Positions 29,094-38,471 of a stretch of DNA of 64,000 nt are shown here, one piece after another. Numbering within the stretch: the stretch's first letter is position 1; every line of letters starts with the position of its first letter. Source of the stretch: Terriglobia bacterium (GTDB lineage: Bacteria > Acidobacteriota > Terriglobia > JAJPHL01 > JAPKYU01); the NCBI GenBank assembly GCA_965206645.1, contig CBDBKE010000004.1, forward strand, positions 198,738 to 262,737. The letters run 5' to 3'. A model generated the notes under the pieces. The model saw only the letters and a list, made by a program, of their open reading frames with translations. It was not told where the DNA came from and did not search any database. A program made the position numbers and the translations under genes.

Positions 29094-30002
29094 ATGAGGG
29101 AGTGTGTCTCTGTCGCTCTGGATGTTGGAGCCAAGCTAATACTGTCCAGAGACACCCGTTGTAGGCGAAATGACGGCAACTGGGTTGTTCACTTCCGCGC
29201 CAACGCGCCGGCGAACATCGGCCTTGAGTTAAGCGACCAAGCCTTTCTGGCGCTTGTTTCGTTCGCCTCCGGTGCTGAACCTGCCGAGTACGACGACGAG
29301 GGGGACAGCCAGGTCTATCGAGAAGTTCTGAAACGGTTTGTCGACGCAGGCATTCTCCTCCCAACAAGCTACAAGCTCGACGGCGAACGGGTCTCGCTGC
29401 CAATCTCTGAGATTCTGAGAGCTCGCGCCGCCATCGAGGTGGACCGTCTCTGGCTCCTTGAGCTCGAAGCGCTCCTGCTCTACCTGATGGCGCGTGAGAA
29501 TCCGTTCACCGAGCCAGTATGCGAGCTAGGCAGTATGTTTGGGGGCTCGACCGTGATGCTGGCCTTGGGATGCCAGGCGAGTCGTCACGACAATCTCGTA
29601 CTCGCAGTCGACGATCATGAGTGGCATCGGCACAGGGCGGGGGAAAACCTACCGGAATCAGTTGTCAGCGCTCTCCCCACAACGCTGCCCGACTTCGAGC
29701 GGACCATCCGAAAAGCGGGCGTCGCTGACAGCATCAAAGCGATCGTAGAGGATACCGTCACGGCGGCACGTGCGTATGATGGCAGGCTAAGTCTATTGTT
29801 CGTGGATTCGACGCATTCTTTGGAAGGGATCACACAAGATTTTGATGCTTGGTTCCCCAAGCTTGTCCCGGGCGGCATTGTGGCCTTTCACGACTATGGC
29901 AACAGCCGATGGCCAGACATAAAGGCAGCAGTCGATCAATTCCGGCCGAAGTTCTCAGAGTTCACGTGCTACCAGACCTTGGCCATAGCCCGGAAGGGCT
30001 AG
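29094..30002 (+). CDS. Class I SAM-dependent methyltransferase (Methyltransf_24-like)
   Basis: VCELGSMFGGST, LAVDD, LLFVDSTH and PGGIVAFHDY motifs. Confidence 0.8.
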   Translation: MRECVSVALDVGAKLILSRDTRCRRNDGNWVVHFRANAPANIGLELSDQAFLALVSFASGAEPAEYDDEGDSQVYREVLKRFVDAGILLPTSYKLDGERVSLPISEILRARAAIEVDRLWLLELEALLLYLMARENPFTEPVCELGSMFGGSTVMLALGCQASRHDNLVLAVDDHEWHRHRAGENLPESVVSALPTTLPDFERTIRKAGVADSIKAIVEDTVTAARAYDGRLSLLFVDSTHSLEGITQDFDAWFPKLVPGGIVAFHDYGNSRWPDIKAAVDQFRPKFSEFTCYQTLAIARKG

Positions 30003-30450
30003 CCTGCCTGACCCTGGGCCGGTAGGATTGCGCTGAGAATGGGCTCTTAAAGGTGTTTTTCGCTGCGGGTAGCGTTATAGCTGCACCAGTTTAGCACCTG
30101 CATTTCCAATGGATTACAGCCTCTTTTTCTGGCTGTAGCAAAATATAGCAGTTTTGTGGACTGACCGCATGAGGCTCAGAATCCGTTCCTGCCGATGTAC
30201 AATCCACTTGACGTGAATGTTGTCTGGCCACCCGCGCATTGATTCCCAAGGTGTCGGCTACATCGGCAAACGTGCCGCCCGTGTTCAAATCATCGCAGGC
30301 GAGGGTTGTCGGCAGCGATGTACAAGGCTGGGCAGAGGGAGCGAACGCAGAATAGTTAGGCTGCCCTAAGAAGATCTGGAAAAGGCGTTCCAGGCCGCAG
30401 GCTGGACTGAAGCGGCCGCACTAGGAGTCCGAACCGGCCTCAAGACTTTC

Positions 30451-30858
30451 GTGGCGACCATGCGGAACAGTGGCTACCACAAGGCCCCCTTTTCTCTCCT
30501 GTTTCTGGATGGGGATAAGCCCGTCTATGAATACCAGAAGGGCCTCAACACATTCGCCAAACGGCATCACCTTCGGGCATTCAAGCGACACCGAAAATAC
30601 AAGGGGCAGCAAGTCTGGGTCGCCTCTGCCACTCACGACACCGGGATTAGGGTTCGACGGAAAGGGACGGATTGGTATCACATCATCGACCCCCGAATCG
30701 ACCGCGAGCGAACCAAGATTGCCAACGACCTTCTATTTACGCGAATTGCCACCGCTCATGCGCTGGTGGACCGACCGCAGGCGCCGCGGGAAACCACAAA
30801 CGGCACCGGGGATAAAATCCTCACCGACGGCAAGATGCAGGTTTTGTTCTTCGACTGA
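30451..30858 (+). pseudogene. LssY C-terminal domain fragment
   Basis: APFSLLFL..YQK..KRHHLR..WVASATHDTGI..HIIDPRIDRER..ANDL; N-terminal part absent. Confidence 0.7.
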
Positions 30859-31160
30859 CTCCTACAGGCCCAGAATTCCCTGTTGTCCATGGTAGAAGAG
30901 CCCGGCCAGCGCGCCCGTCATGAGTGTGGCCAGAGTAGAACCCGCCAGCGCCCGAAACGCCAGAGCAGCGAGATCGTTCCTGCGAGAAGGAACCAGAGCG
31001 GCAATGCCTCCGACAAAGATCCCCATGGAAGCGACGTGGGCAAAACCGCACAGCGCGTACGAGAGGACTAGCAGCGCTCTGGGAGAGAGGGCCTTTGCGG
31101 CGCCCATTTCTCCCAACTGCTGGTAGGCTACTGACCTGCCGGCTTTCTTCGGACCACCGA

Positions 31161-32084
31161 TTACTGGAGAACAGCGCCAGTCGGCATGGTTAAGTCGCTC
31201 TCGTGTTCTTCTTGGTCAGCGTGAGCCGGCATCGCCGGCGAGCGCCCACCGTCATCCGAGCCAGCACGGAGCTGCGCTTTGAACTCGGCTGGCGTCAGAT
31301 AGCCAAGGCTCGAGTGCGGTCGCACGTCGTTGTAGTGCCGTCGCCATTGCTCGATCCCCACCTTCGCGTCCACGCGGTTCCGAAACCACTGCAGGCTCAG
31401 ATACTCGTCGCGGAACTTCCCGTTGAACGATTCGTCGGTCGCATTCTGCCACGGCTTGCCCGGCTCGATGAGCGCGGTTTCGATCTGCGCCTGGAGCAGC
31501 CACCGGAAAATCGCACCCGCGACAAACTCGGGGCCGTTGTCGGACCGGAGGTAACGTGGGGCTCCGTGGACGCTCACGAGCTGCGTGAGCACCTCGATAA
31601 CGCGCCCGGACCGAATGCCGCCGGCCACGTCGATCGCGAGTGACTCGCGGGTCCATTCGTCGACGACGGTGAGGCACTTGAGCGTCTGCCCATTCGCGCA
31701 GGTGTCGAACACGAAGTCGTACGCCCAGACGTGATTGACCGCAGTGGCGGGCACCGGGCGGGGCCGGCTCAGGGCGACCCGGCGCCGCGGCCGCCGCCGA
31801 GGCACCTGCAACCCCGCCTGGCGCCAGAGGCGATGGGTCCGGTCCGTGCTCATCGTGTGCCCTTCGCGTTTTAGGAAAATCCGAATCCGGCGATAGCCGT
31901 ACCGCGGATACTGCGCCGCCAGACGACGCATCGCGGCCAGCGCCGGGGCATCCCGGTCGACCAGCCGCGACTGGTAGCCCAGCGTGGACCGTGCGACGGA
32001 GAGCAAGGCGCACGCGCGGCGACCCGACAGACCGCGTGCACGTGCATACGCGACCTGCGGCCGGCGCACGCGTGCGCCTACCAT
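31161..32084 (-). CDS. IS3 transposase OrfB (DDE integrase core)
   Basis: YGYRRI, WAYDF, SDNGPEF and [10 protein letters not shown] motifs. Confidence 0.93.
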   Translation of the reverse strand: MVGARVRRPQVAYARARGLSGRRACALLSVARSTLGYQSRLVDRDAPALAAMRRLAAQYPRYGYRRIRIFLKREGHTMSTDRTHRLWRQAGLQVPRRRPRRRVALSRPRPVPATAVNHVWAYDFVFDTCANGQTLKCLTVVDEWTRESLAIDVAGGIRSGRVIEVLTQLVSVHGAPRYLRSDNGPEFVAGAIFRWLLQAQIETALIEPGKPWQNATDESFNGKFRDEYLSLQWFRNRVDAKVGIEQWRRHYNDVRPHSSLGYLTPAEFKAQLRAGSDDGGRSPAMPAHADQEEHESDLTMPTGAVLQ

Positions 32085-32090
32085 TTTTTT
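32063..32090 (-). promoter_or_regulatory. -1 programmed frameshift signal of the IS3 element
   Basis: A-AAA-AAA slippery heptamer (32084-32090) followed by the palindrome GGCGCACGCGTGCGCC (32063-32078). Confidence 0.8.
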
Positions 32091-32341
32091 CGGGTGATCT
32101 CCTTGAGCACGTCGATCTCCAGATCTCGATCGGCCACCATCTTTTTCAGCCGGCCGTTCTCCTGCTCGAGCTGCCGCAGCCGCTTCACATCGGCGGGCTC
32201 CAACGTGCCGAAGTGTTTCCGCCAGGCGTAGAGCGTCTGGGCGCTGACGCCGTTCTTTTTGGCCACCTCCGGAACGGGCCGCTGATCGGCCTCGCGGAGG
32301 ATCGTCACCATCTGCTCTTCGGTAAACCGGGTCTTCTTCAT
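32078..32341 (-). CDS. IS3 transposase OrfA (HTH)
   Basis: MKKTRFTEEQMVTILREAD..VSAQTLYAWRK..LEQENGRLKK. Confidence 0.93.
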   Translation of the reverse strand: MKKTRFTEEQMVTILREADQRPVPEVAKKNGVSAQTLYAWRKHFGTLEPADVKRLRQLEQENGRLKKMVADRDLEIDVLKEITRKKW

Positions 32342-33474
32342 GGCTCCCTCGTTTCTCCGAGGGCGCCATTCTCTCAGGCTTCAGCTGGTCCGGAAATCGC
32401 CAGGCAGGTCACTACCACCTCGGTGAGGACGATGCGCTTGCCGAGAAGCTGGGCTGCCCCAGGGAGGTCGCTGCTTTCCAAACCCAGCAGCCAGGCGAGT
32501 GGGGTGAACAGCCAGCCAAGGATTCGCTCGAGATTCAGCGGCTCGCCAAACCAAACGCTCAAAGGTGCTGTTGCATTTTCCAACGCCAGGTCTACGATCC
32601 CGACCATGCCCAAGACGGCAATGAGCAGGGTGGAGATGCCTGCCGCCAGCTTTAGACCGTCCCAGGAACCGGCGCTCAGCGCGGCCATGGTGTTGCCGTG
32701 GAGCTGGGACTCTGCGATTGGGGGCAGAGCGCTTGAGGTCTCCGGTTTGCCGGTCTCGGGAAGGATCAGTTTAGAGACCAGCGCTGCTGCTGGTATGGAG
32801 AGAAACGAGGCTGAGATGAGATGCCCGGCGATCTGAGGAAACGTGTCCTTGAGGAAGAAGACGTAAAGAGCTAGCGTCGTGGAGGCAACCGTAGACATGG
32901 CGCAGGTCAGCAGCGTTAGCAGTTCTGAGCGGGTCATCCCTTCCAGATAGGGCCGGACCGTAGTGGCTGATTCGACCCCCACGAAGATATTCGAAGCCCC
33001 GGCCACTGCCTCGGCCCCCGACAGCTGCAGTGTCTTCTTGAACAATCGCGCGGATAGGCGGATCAGCGGCTGAATCAGTCCGAGGTGGTAGCAGGCGGCC
33101 ATCAGAGCGGCGAAGAAAATCACGGCTGGCAACACCTGCGCCGCCAGGACAAACCCCACGGAAGGCTCTCCGGCCGAGGTGGTCTCACCCGGATTGAGCA
33201 CCAGCGGTCCGAAAAGAAACTCAGCTCCTACACGACTCGCTCCCAATAAGGCGACCACCAGGTCATTTACCCCGAGTAGGAGATGACGGGTCTGCGGTAC
33301 CAGGAAGACCACTGCCCCCAAAGCCAGCATCAACAGACCTGAGCCGAAAATCGTCCGCCAAGGCACAGGTCTCCGGAAGCCCCCCACTGCCCAACCCAGA
33401 CTGCCAAACCCAAGCAGTCCCAAGAAAGAGATCAAGTTCAGCACACTCATGACCCTATTAACGCATACTGTCTC

Positions 33475-33582
33475 CGTCGGCGTTAGTGTGGGCTGGATGG
33501 GACTGGCCGTGGGGAAGTCGGTTGACCTCGTTTGGCCCGTCACGTAGGCATTGCCGGAGGCATCTACAGAGATGGAGAAACC
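33475..33582 (-). pseudogene. SBBP beta-propeller repeat fragment
   Basis: GFSISVDASGNAYVTGQTRSTDFPTASPIQP, a single orphan blade. Confidence 0.75.
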
Positions 33583-34031
33583 AAAGGTCAAGGCGGACTA
33601 TTCGAAGTGACAAAATCCACATTGGGAGCAACTTGGGAGCAAAACCAGCTGTTCTTCTCTCAAACACGCCCCGCCACTGCCGCTCCGGCTCTTCGGTCCG
33701 CGACCGACCGCGCTGGCGTTCGCCGTCCTCTCGCTCATAGTTTTGCCGCCGCCGCTGCTTCTGGGAATCTTCATTCTCATCATCTGGCACTACCACAAGA
33801 AAACCCTATCCACGCCTGCATGAACTTCCGGAGTAACCGAGGCCACAGCACCTCGCGGCGCTCTTCGCGCCTTGGGTGCTACCGCGATACCGCCTTGTCA
33901 CCAGGAATGCCAGATAGATTGCTCCTAACCCCCCCTGCGGGCGGGGCGTAGCATGAACCCCAAGGACCTGTCCGAACCGCATCTTCTTGGGGGTTGCAAC
34001 AGTCCCACATGCCGCTCAATATGGAAATTTT

Positions 34032-34552
34032 TCAACCGGCAGGCACACACATAAATAAATCCCTACGAGGGCCATCCCGCCACGGGCCTGTCTGTCGGAG
34101 CTCGGCGGCAATTTGCTCAGCTCTCTGAGCAAGCTGCTCCTTTGTCCACCCCGAGAAGTCGTACCTAGGATCCGCCGCATTCACGTTGATTCCCACGGGA
34201 ACCCGAGTCGCATCGTTCAACTCACCCAAGAGCCGGGCCTCTAGTTCAAGGAGCTTTTCCGCCCGCCCGATGGCCTGTAGAGCTACCGAGTGATTACCTG
34301 AAGCACGCGCTTCTTCCAGGATCGCCTTAGCTTCAACTGCACGGCCCTTCAGCCGGTCGAACAGCGAATGTCATCGGCGGCCTGCTTCGCCTTCGCCAGG
34401 GTCGCCGGGATGTCGGTCTGCTTGTGCCGAAAGAGCGTCGTGGACGATGTTGCGTACCGTTTCGCTATGCTCCGCAACGGCTCACCGGCCACGACCGCCT
34501 GGTCAATTTCGGCCCTCTGAGAGTGCGTGCAAACGGTACAGGTTCGAGGCAT
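34032..34552 (-). pseudogene. Phage-like HTH protein (small-terminase-like), frameshifted near 34370
   Basis: MPRTCTVCTHSQRAEIDQAVVAGEPLRSIAKRY in one frame, then LFDRLK..ILEEARASG..ALQAIGRAEKLLELEARLLGEL in another. Confidence 0.6.
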
Positions 34553-34749
34553 ATTACTTATTCTAACATCTGCCGGGTATAGTCCTGGACTCCCCTGGGG
34601 AATGAGGGGAATGCATCGGTGTGTACAGGAGCCGATTTCAGCGCGGCGATTGTGGCGGCAAGGACCCGTGTACCCTGGATACCGCTCTTGGCTCTTTTCT
34701 CTCCGTGTGCTCCAATGTATAAACAATAACTTGAGTATTTTGCGGGAGG

Positions 34750-34776
34750 CGTGGGGGTTCAAATCCCCCTCTCCGC
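34750..34776 (+). repeat. attR-like copy of the tRNA-Leu 3' part
   Basis: cgtgggggttcaaatccccctctccgc, identical to 28590-28616. Confidence 0.93.
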
Positions 34777-34804
34777 CCCCCTTTTCTGCTCAATTGATTA
34801 CGGC

Positions 34805-34982
34805 TCGGTCCGCCGTTGATGATGATTTCAACCTCCTGCGTACCCGATGGCACACCCACTGGCACCTGTACGTTCACCTGGTAGAACCCCACGAATGCTG
34901 GGACCGGGCCGGAAAAGGCCACCTGGGCAGGTATACTGGCATTGTTCACCAACGGTGTGCTGATCGTCTCTGCCAGTGGTGG
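34805..34982 (-). pseudogene. TIGR03437-like C-terminal domain fragment
   Basis: PPLAETISTP..PAQVAFSGPVPAFVGFYQVNVQVPVGVPSG. Confidence 0.7.
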
Positions 34983-35005
34983 AGTGCTGGAGGAATCAAG
35001 AGATT

Positions 35006-36376
35006 ATGAAGGGCATCCGGATTGGGGCCGGGGCCGGCTTTAACGGCGACCGGATTGAGCCAGCGGTCGAGTTGGTCAACTCGGGAGCGTTGGACTATCT
35101 GGTTTTCGAATCCCTATCGGAACGGACCTTGCCGCTGGCCCAGCAGCGCAAGCGTGCGGATCCTTCAAAAGGCTACGACCCGTTTCTCGAGGCTCGGATG
35201 CGGGCAGTGCTGGGGGGATGTGCGCGCCGGGAGATAAAGATCGTCACAAACATGGGGGCGGCGAACCCTCAGGCGGCGGGCGACGTGGTGACCCGCATTT
35301 GCCGTGAGCTGAACCTACCTGGCGTGTCGGTCGCCATCATCACTGGCGATGACATCCTGGAGCAGGTGAAGCAAGGCGAGGTGCAATTAGAGGATTCCGA
35401 GCTGTGCCTGGACGAGGTGAAAGGCAGGCTGATCTCGGCCAATGTCTATTTGGGAGCGGATCCAATCGTGGACGCCTTGAAAGCAGGTGCCGACGTCGTG
35501 ATCACCGGGAGGGTCACCGATCCGTCGCTGTTTGTCGGTCCCATCCGCTACGAGTTGGGCTGGCCGGCCGATCACCCCGACCGGATGGGGCTGGCGGTGA
35601 TCCTCGGCCATCTGCTGGAATGCGGCGCGCAGATCACTGGCGGATATTTTGCCGATCCCGGCTACAAGGACGTGGAGGGTCTGGAGCGGCTCGGCTATCC
35701 CATCCTGGAGGTTTACGAGGACGGGCGCAGCTACGTCACCAAGGTTCCCGGGACGGGTGGGATAGTCAACGTCGCTACCTGCAAGGAGCAATTGTTGTAC
35801 GAGATCGGCGATCCGGCGAACTACATCTCCGCCGACGGGGTGGCAAGCATCCTCGAGGTGACCCTCAAGCAGGTCGGCCCGGATCGCGTCCAGGTGCTTG
35901 GTGCTCACGGGAAACCGAGACCCCCGCGATTGCGAGTGATTGTGGGCACGCTGGATGGATACCTCGGTGAGGGTGAAATTTCCTACGGAGGTCTGGGAGC
36001 ATACGATCGGGCTCGCCTTGCCGCGGAAGCTGTGAAAAAACGCCTGGAGTTGGTTAGGGCCGACCTCCGCGAGCTGCGAGTAGACTTTATCGGCGCCAAC
36101 TCCCTGTACGGAAAAGCCTCTCCGCAGTTAGAGCACGATCTTCCCGAGGTACGACTTCGTGTCTGCGGCCTAGCCTCCGATCCCCGTTCGGCGGAGATGG
36201 TAGGGAATGAGGTGGAGAACCTTCTGGTGAACGGACCGGCTGCAGGCGGTGGAGTCAGGGAACGAGTCCGGGAGGTCATCGGCTTGCATTCGGCTTTTAT
36301 CAGGCGTGAGGCGGTTCAACCGCGCATGGAGATTCGGCAGTGGGAACGATCCTATGAGACGAGTACGGTTACGTGA
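35006..36376 (+). CDS. Acyclic terpene utilization AtuA family (DUF1446) protein
   Basis: IRIGAGAGFNGDR, FESLSERT, NVYLGA, ITGRVTD, GHLLECG and EQLLYEIGDP motifs. Confidence 0.9.
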   Translation: MKGIRIGAGAGFNGDRIEPAVELVNSGALDYLVFESLSERTLPLAQQRKRADPSKGYDPFLEARMRAVLGGCARREIKIVTNMGAANPQAAGDVVTRICRELNLPGVSVAIITGDDILEQVKQGEVQLEDSELCLDEVKGRLISANVYLGADPIVDALKAGADVVITGRVTDPSLFVGPIRYELGWPADHPDRMGLAVILGHLLECGAQITGGYFADPGYKDVEGLERLGYPILEVYEDGRSYVTKVPGTGGIVNVATCKEQLLYEIGDPANYISADGVASILEVTLKQVGPDRVQVLGAHGKPRPPRLRVIVGTLDGYLGEGEISYGGLGAYDRARLAAEAVKKRLELVRADLRELRVDFIGANSLYGKASPQLEHDLPEVRLRVCGLASDPRSAEMVGNEVENLLVNGPAAGGGVRERVREVIGLHSAFIRREAVQPRMEIRQWERSYETSTVT

Positions 36377-36674
36377 GATTGCCCATAGCCGCGCGGGTGA
36401 TAAGGGGAACACGTTGATTCTTTCTCTTATCCCCTACCGGGAAGCTGACTACGAACACTTGCGGCGGGAAGTTACCGTGGAGCGTGTTCGCGAATTGTTC
36501 GGGGATATCTGCCGCGGGGAAATCATCAGATACGAGATCCCAACAATTGCCGCACTGAACTTTGTGCTGCACAATTCCTTGGCGGGAGGCGTCACCGCCT
36601 CACTGGCCCTGGATTCCCATGGGAAATGCTACTCCTCTCTGCTGCTGGAGCTGGAGATCGGTATCCCCGATTGA
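36354..36674 (+). CDS. AtuA-associated small ferredoxin-fold protein
   Basis: LREIAHSRAGDKGN..ALNFVLHNSLAGG..LDSHGK. Confidence 0.85.
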   Translation: MRRVRLREIAHSRAGDKGNTLILSLIPYREADYEHLRREVTVERVRELFGDICRGEIIRYEIPTIAALNFVLHNSLAGGVTASLALDSHGKCYSSLLLELEIGIPD

Positions 36675-36727
36675 TCGAGTCTGGCAAAGCACCTTTCTTT
36701 CCGACGACAACGCGTGGGAAGCCGAAA

Positions 36728-36880
36728 ATGAAAGAAATCTTGATGCCGAAGATAAGCAAAGCTACGGAGGCAGGGGCTGTTGTTCGCTGGTTGAGGAAGG
36801 AAGGTGAGCACGTCAAGAAAGGGGAAGTACTCCTCGATGTCGACACAGACAAGGTGACCATGGAAACAATGTCAGGCTAA
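36728..36880 (+). pseudogene. Truncated lipoyl/biotinyl attachment domain
   Basis: MKEILMPK..GAVVRWLRKEGEHVKKGEVLLDVDTDKVTME stops 8 aa after the lipoyl Lys. Confidence 0.7.
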
Positions 36881-36911
36881 TTAAAGCCGAGAACCATAGG
36901 AGATCAGGGAG

Positions 36912-37526
36912 ATGAGCAATAAGGACAAGCAGACGCGATACCAGCCGTACTCAGAATTAACACTGTATCCAGGTATGCAACTGAGTGCCGAGCGGCGCCG
37001 GCAGGTTGATGAGAACTTGATCGAGCCGGATGAGGTATCCGCGGACGATATCATTTACAAGCTGTCACGAATGGTTACCGGCACCTTGTATAGTCTGATC
37101 GCGTTGATGGAAGAACGATGGGGTAAAGAGGCTGCACGCGAGTTGGTCTTCCAGTGGGGGCGCCGGTGGGCCCGTGAAACTCTCGAACGGTGGATGCATG
37201 CCCGAGGTGCGAAACGGTTGACACCGGAGCTCTGGGCGCGCTTTCAGGACTACCATCACCTCATCTCCGGACCTATTGGCGCGCCGTCGTTCGTCAGGTA
37301 TGAGGGTGACTCCCAACTGGTTCTAAACCGCACCGGCCAAAACTGCATGCTCCACACCGGCCGTCCAGAGGGAATGGACAGTTATTGCGGGATAGCTGCC
37401 GACGGTATCTTCGTCGGCTACGGTGAGGTCTGCCCGGAATTATCCTGTGAACACCATCCTTGCGTATCGCGAGGCACGTCAGAATCCGACTGCGTGGTTC
37501 GCTTCACGATCAAGCCCGCAGAATAA
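36912..37526 (+). CDS. Hypothetical protein, ATC-hydrolase/V4R-like with Cys motifs
   Basis: EERWGKEAARE..WGRRWA, then C..H..YC and C.S.G.S.C..RF pattern; AGGGAG RBS. Confidence 0.55.
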   Translation: MSNKDKQTRYQPYSELTLYPGMQLSAERRRQVDENLIEPDEVSADDIIYKLSRMVTGTLYSLIALMEERWGKEAARELVFQWGRRWARETLERWMHARGAKRLTPELWARFQDYHHLISGPIGAPSFVRYEGDSQLVLNRTGQNCMLHTGRPEGMDSYCGIAADGIFVGYGEVCPELSCEHHPCVSRGTSESDCVVRFTIKPAE

Positions 37527-37691
37527 AACCGCACCCTCGGTTCACAGTCGTTCCAGGCATTGTCAAACGGTTGACGCGACTAAGAGGAGCGGACGAAGGA
37601 AGAGGGACGTGGAACTTTCCACCACCGTGCCACCTGAAGGGCAAGTTTGGCCGGTCCGCTTAGTCCGAAAGGTTCAAGCGGCACAGCAGAT

Positions 37692-38037
37692 TCAGCTTAC
37701 GACCTCGTTTACTTGTCTCTCTGGCTTGATGTCGGTGAAGTTAGCTATGTCGGCTCTCAGCTCCTCGCCGTCCCAGCCCCTTTTTCAGGTGTGTCTCGGT
37801 GTGTGCTCCCAGCCCCTTTTTCAAATCGTCAATGGAATTGAATAAAAGCATCGCCATGACCACGAAGGGCGCGGGTGCGTCAGGAGTCGATCCAGAAACG
37901 CCTTTGTCAGCGTCGATCCGGACTAATCCAAATGGCTTGAGTTTCTCTCTGACCAGCTTGAGGTGTGTCTCGGTGTAGTACTTGAGGTCGAATTTCGCAC
38001 CGGGCTTGTTAGGGTAAAGGACAACCAACCTAACCAT
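37692..38037 (-). pseudogene. EthD family reductase frameshifted by a 31-nt insertion (37771-37801)
   Basis: VLYP..FDLKYYTETHL. Removing the insert restores GAHGEELRADIANFTDIKPERQVNEVVS* (104 aa). Confidence 0.85.
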
Positions 38038-38391
38038 TTCTCTACCTCCATACCTACTTGGATTCGGGCGCATTACGCTGCGGAAGCCATTCTCGCTCCG
38101 AAATCTTAGGCTGCCCCTGCGGGCAGGTCAACGTGAACGGCCTACTCCGGACAGTTTATGCGGCGCGGCGGATCCTTGAAGAATTCTTGGCCTCGACCAG
38201 CAGGGTGTCCTCTCCGTACTTTCCCAGGCCAGTGTGGACTGGCGGAGTCCAAGCGGCACGAGATACATCCCCTTTTGTCCAGCGATGCCGGATAGACCCC
38301 CGCTAACGGGCTTGTGTCTACCTATCTTCTGCCCGGATGGTGGCGTTCCTTCCTGATAAGGGAAAGTAAACGCTAACCGACTAGTGGAGAC

Positions 38392-38460
38392 GCCGGAGCG
38401 CACCGGGTTCTGCGCCGTCACCAGTTGGAACGAGGCATCCAGAATAGCTGCGTCAGAGGC
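38392..38460 (-). pseudogene. Possible TIGR03437-like fragment
   Basis: ASDAAILDASFQLVTAQNPVRSG. Confidence 0.45.
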
Positions 38461-38471
38461 CAGTGAATTCA

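Larger units (their letters stand above)
31132..32411 (-). mobile_element. IS3-family insertion sequence, 1280 bp, 4-bp target duplication CTAC
   Basis: IRs TGACCTGCCTGGCGATTTCCGGACCA and TGACCTGCCGGCTTTCTTCGGACCA; CTAC at 31128-31131 and 32412-32415. Confidence 0.96.
30862..33450 (-). pseudogene. nupC: NupC-family Na+/nucleoside cotransporter interrupted by an IS3 element
   Basis: Removing the IS and one CTAC restores [22 protein letters not shown]. The N-part contains QVLPAVIFFAAL and NIFVGVESA. Confidence 0.92.
28617..34776. mobile_element. Degenerate genomic island integrated at tRNA-Leu (no integrase)
   Basis: 27-nt perfect direct repeat 28590-28616 = 34750-34776; cargo of fragments, an IS and a phage-like pseudogene. 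Confidence 0.8.

Noticed and set aside
30091-30288. 65-aa ORF in the island
   Set aside because: No recognisable motif or RBS; probably decayed sequence.
31161-32369. 402-aa single transposase ORF
   Set aside because: The upstream part is the alternative frame of orfA; the real product arises by -1 frameshift at 32084-32090.
32374-33591. SBBP-NupC fusion protein
   Set aside because: The frame is open by chance across an orphan SBBP fragment, and the C-terminus reads into the IS end; nupC starts at about 33450.
28617-34776. Integrase or intact prophage in the island
   Set aside because: No tyrosine (R-H-R-Y) or serine recombinase motifs and no structural phage genes were seen in any ORF.
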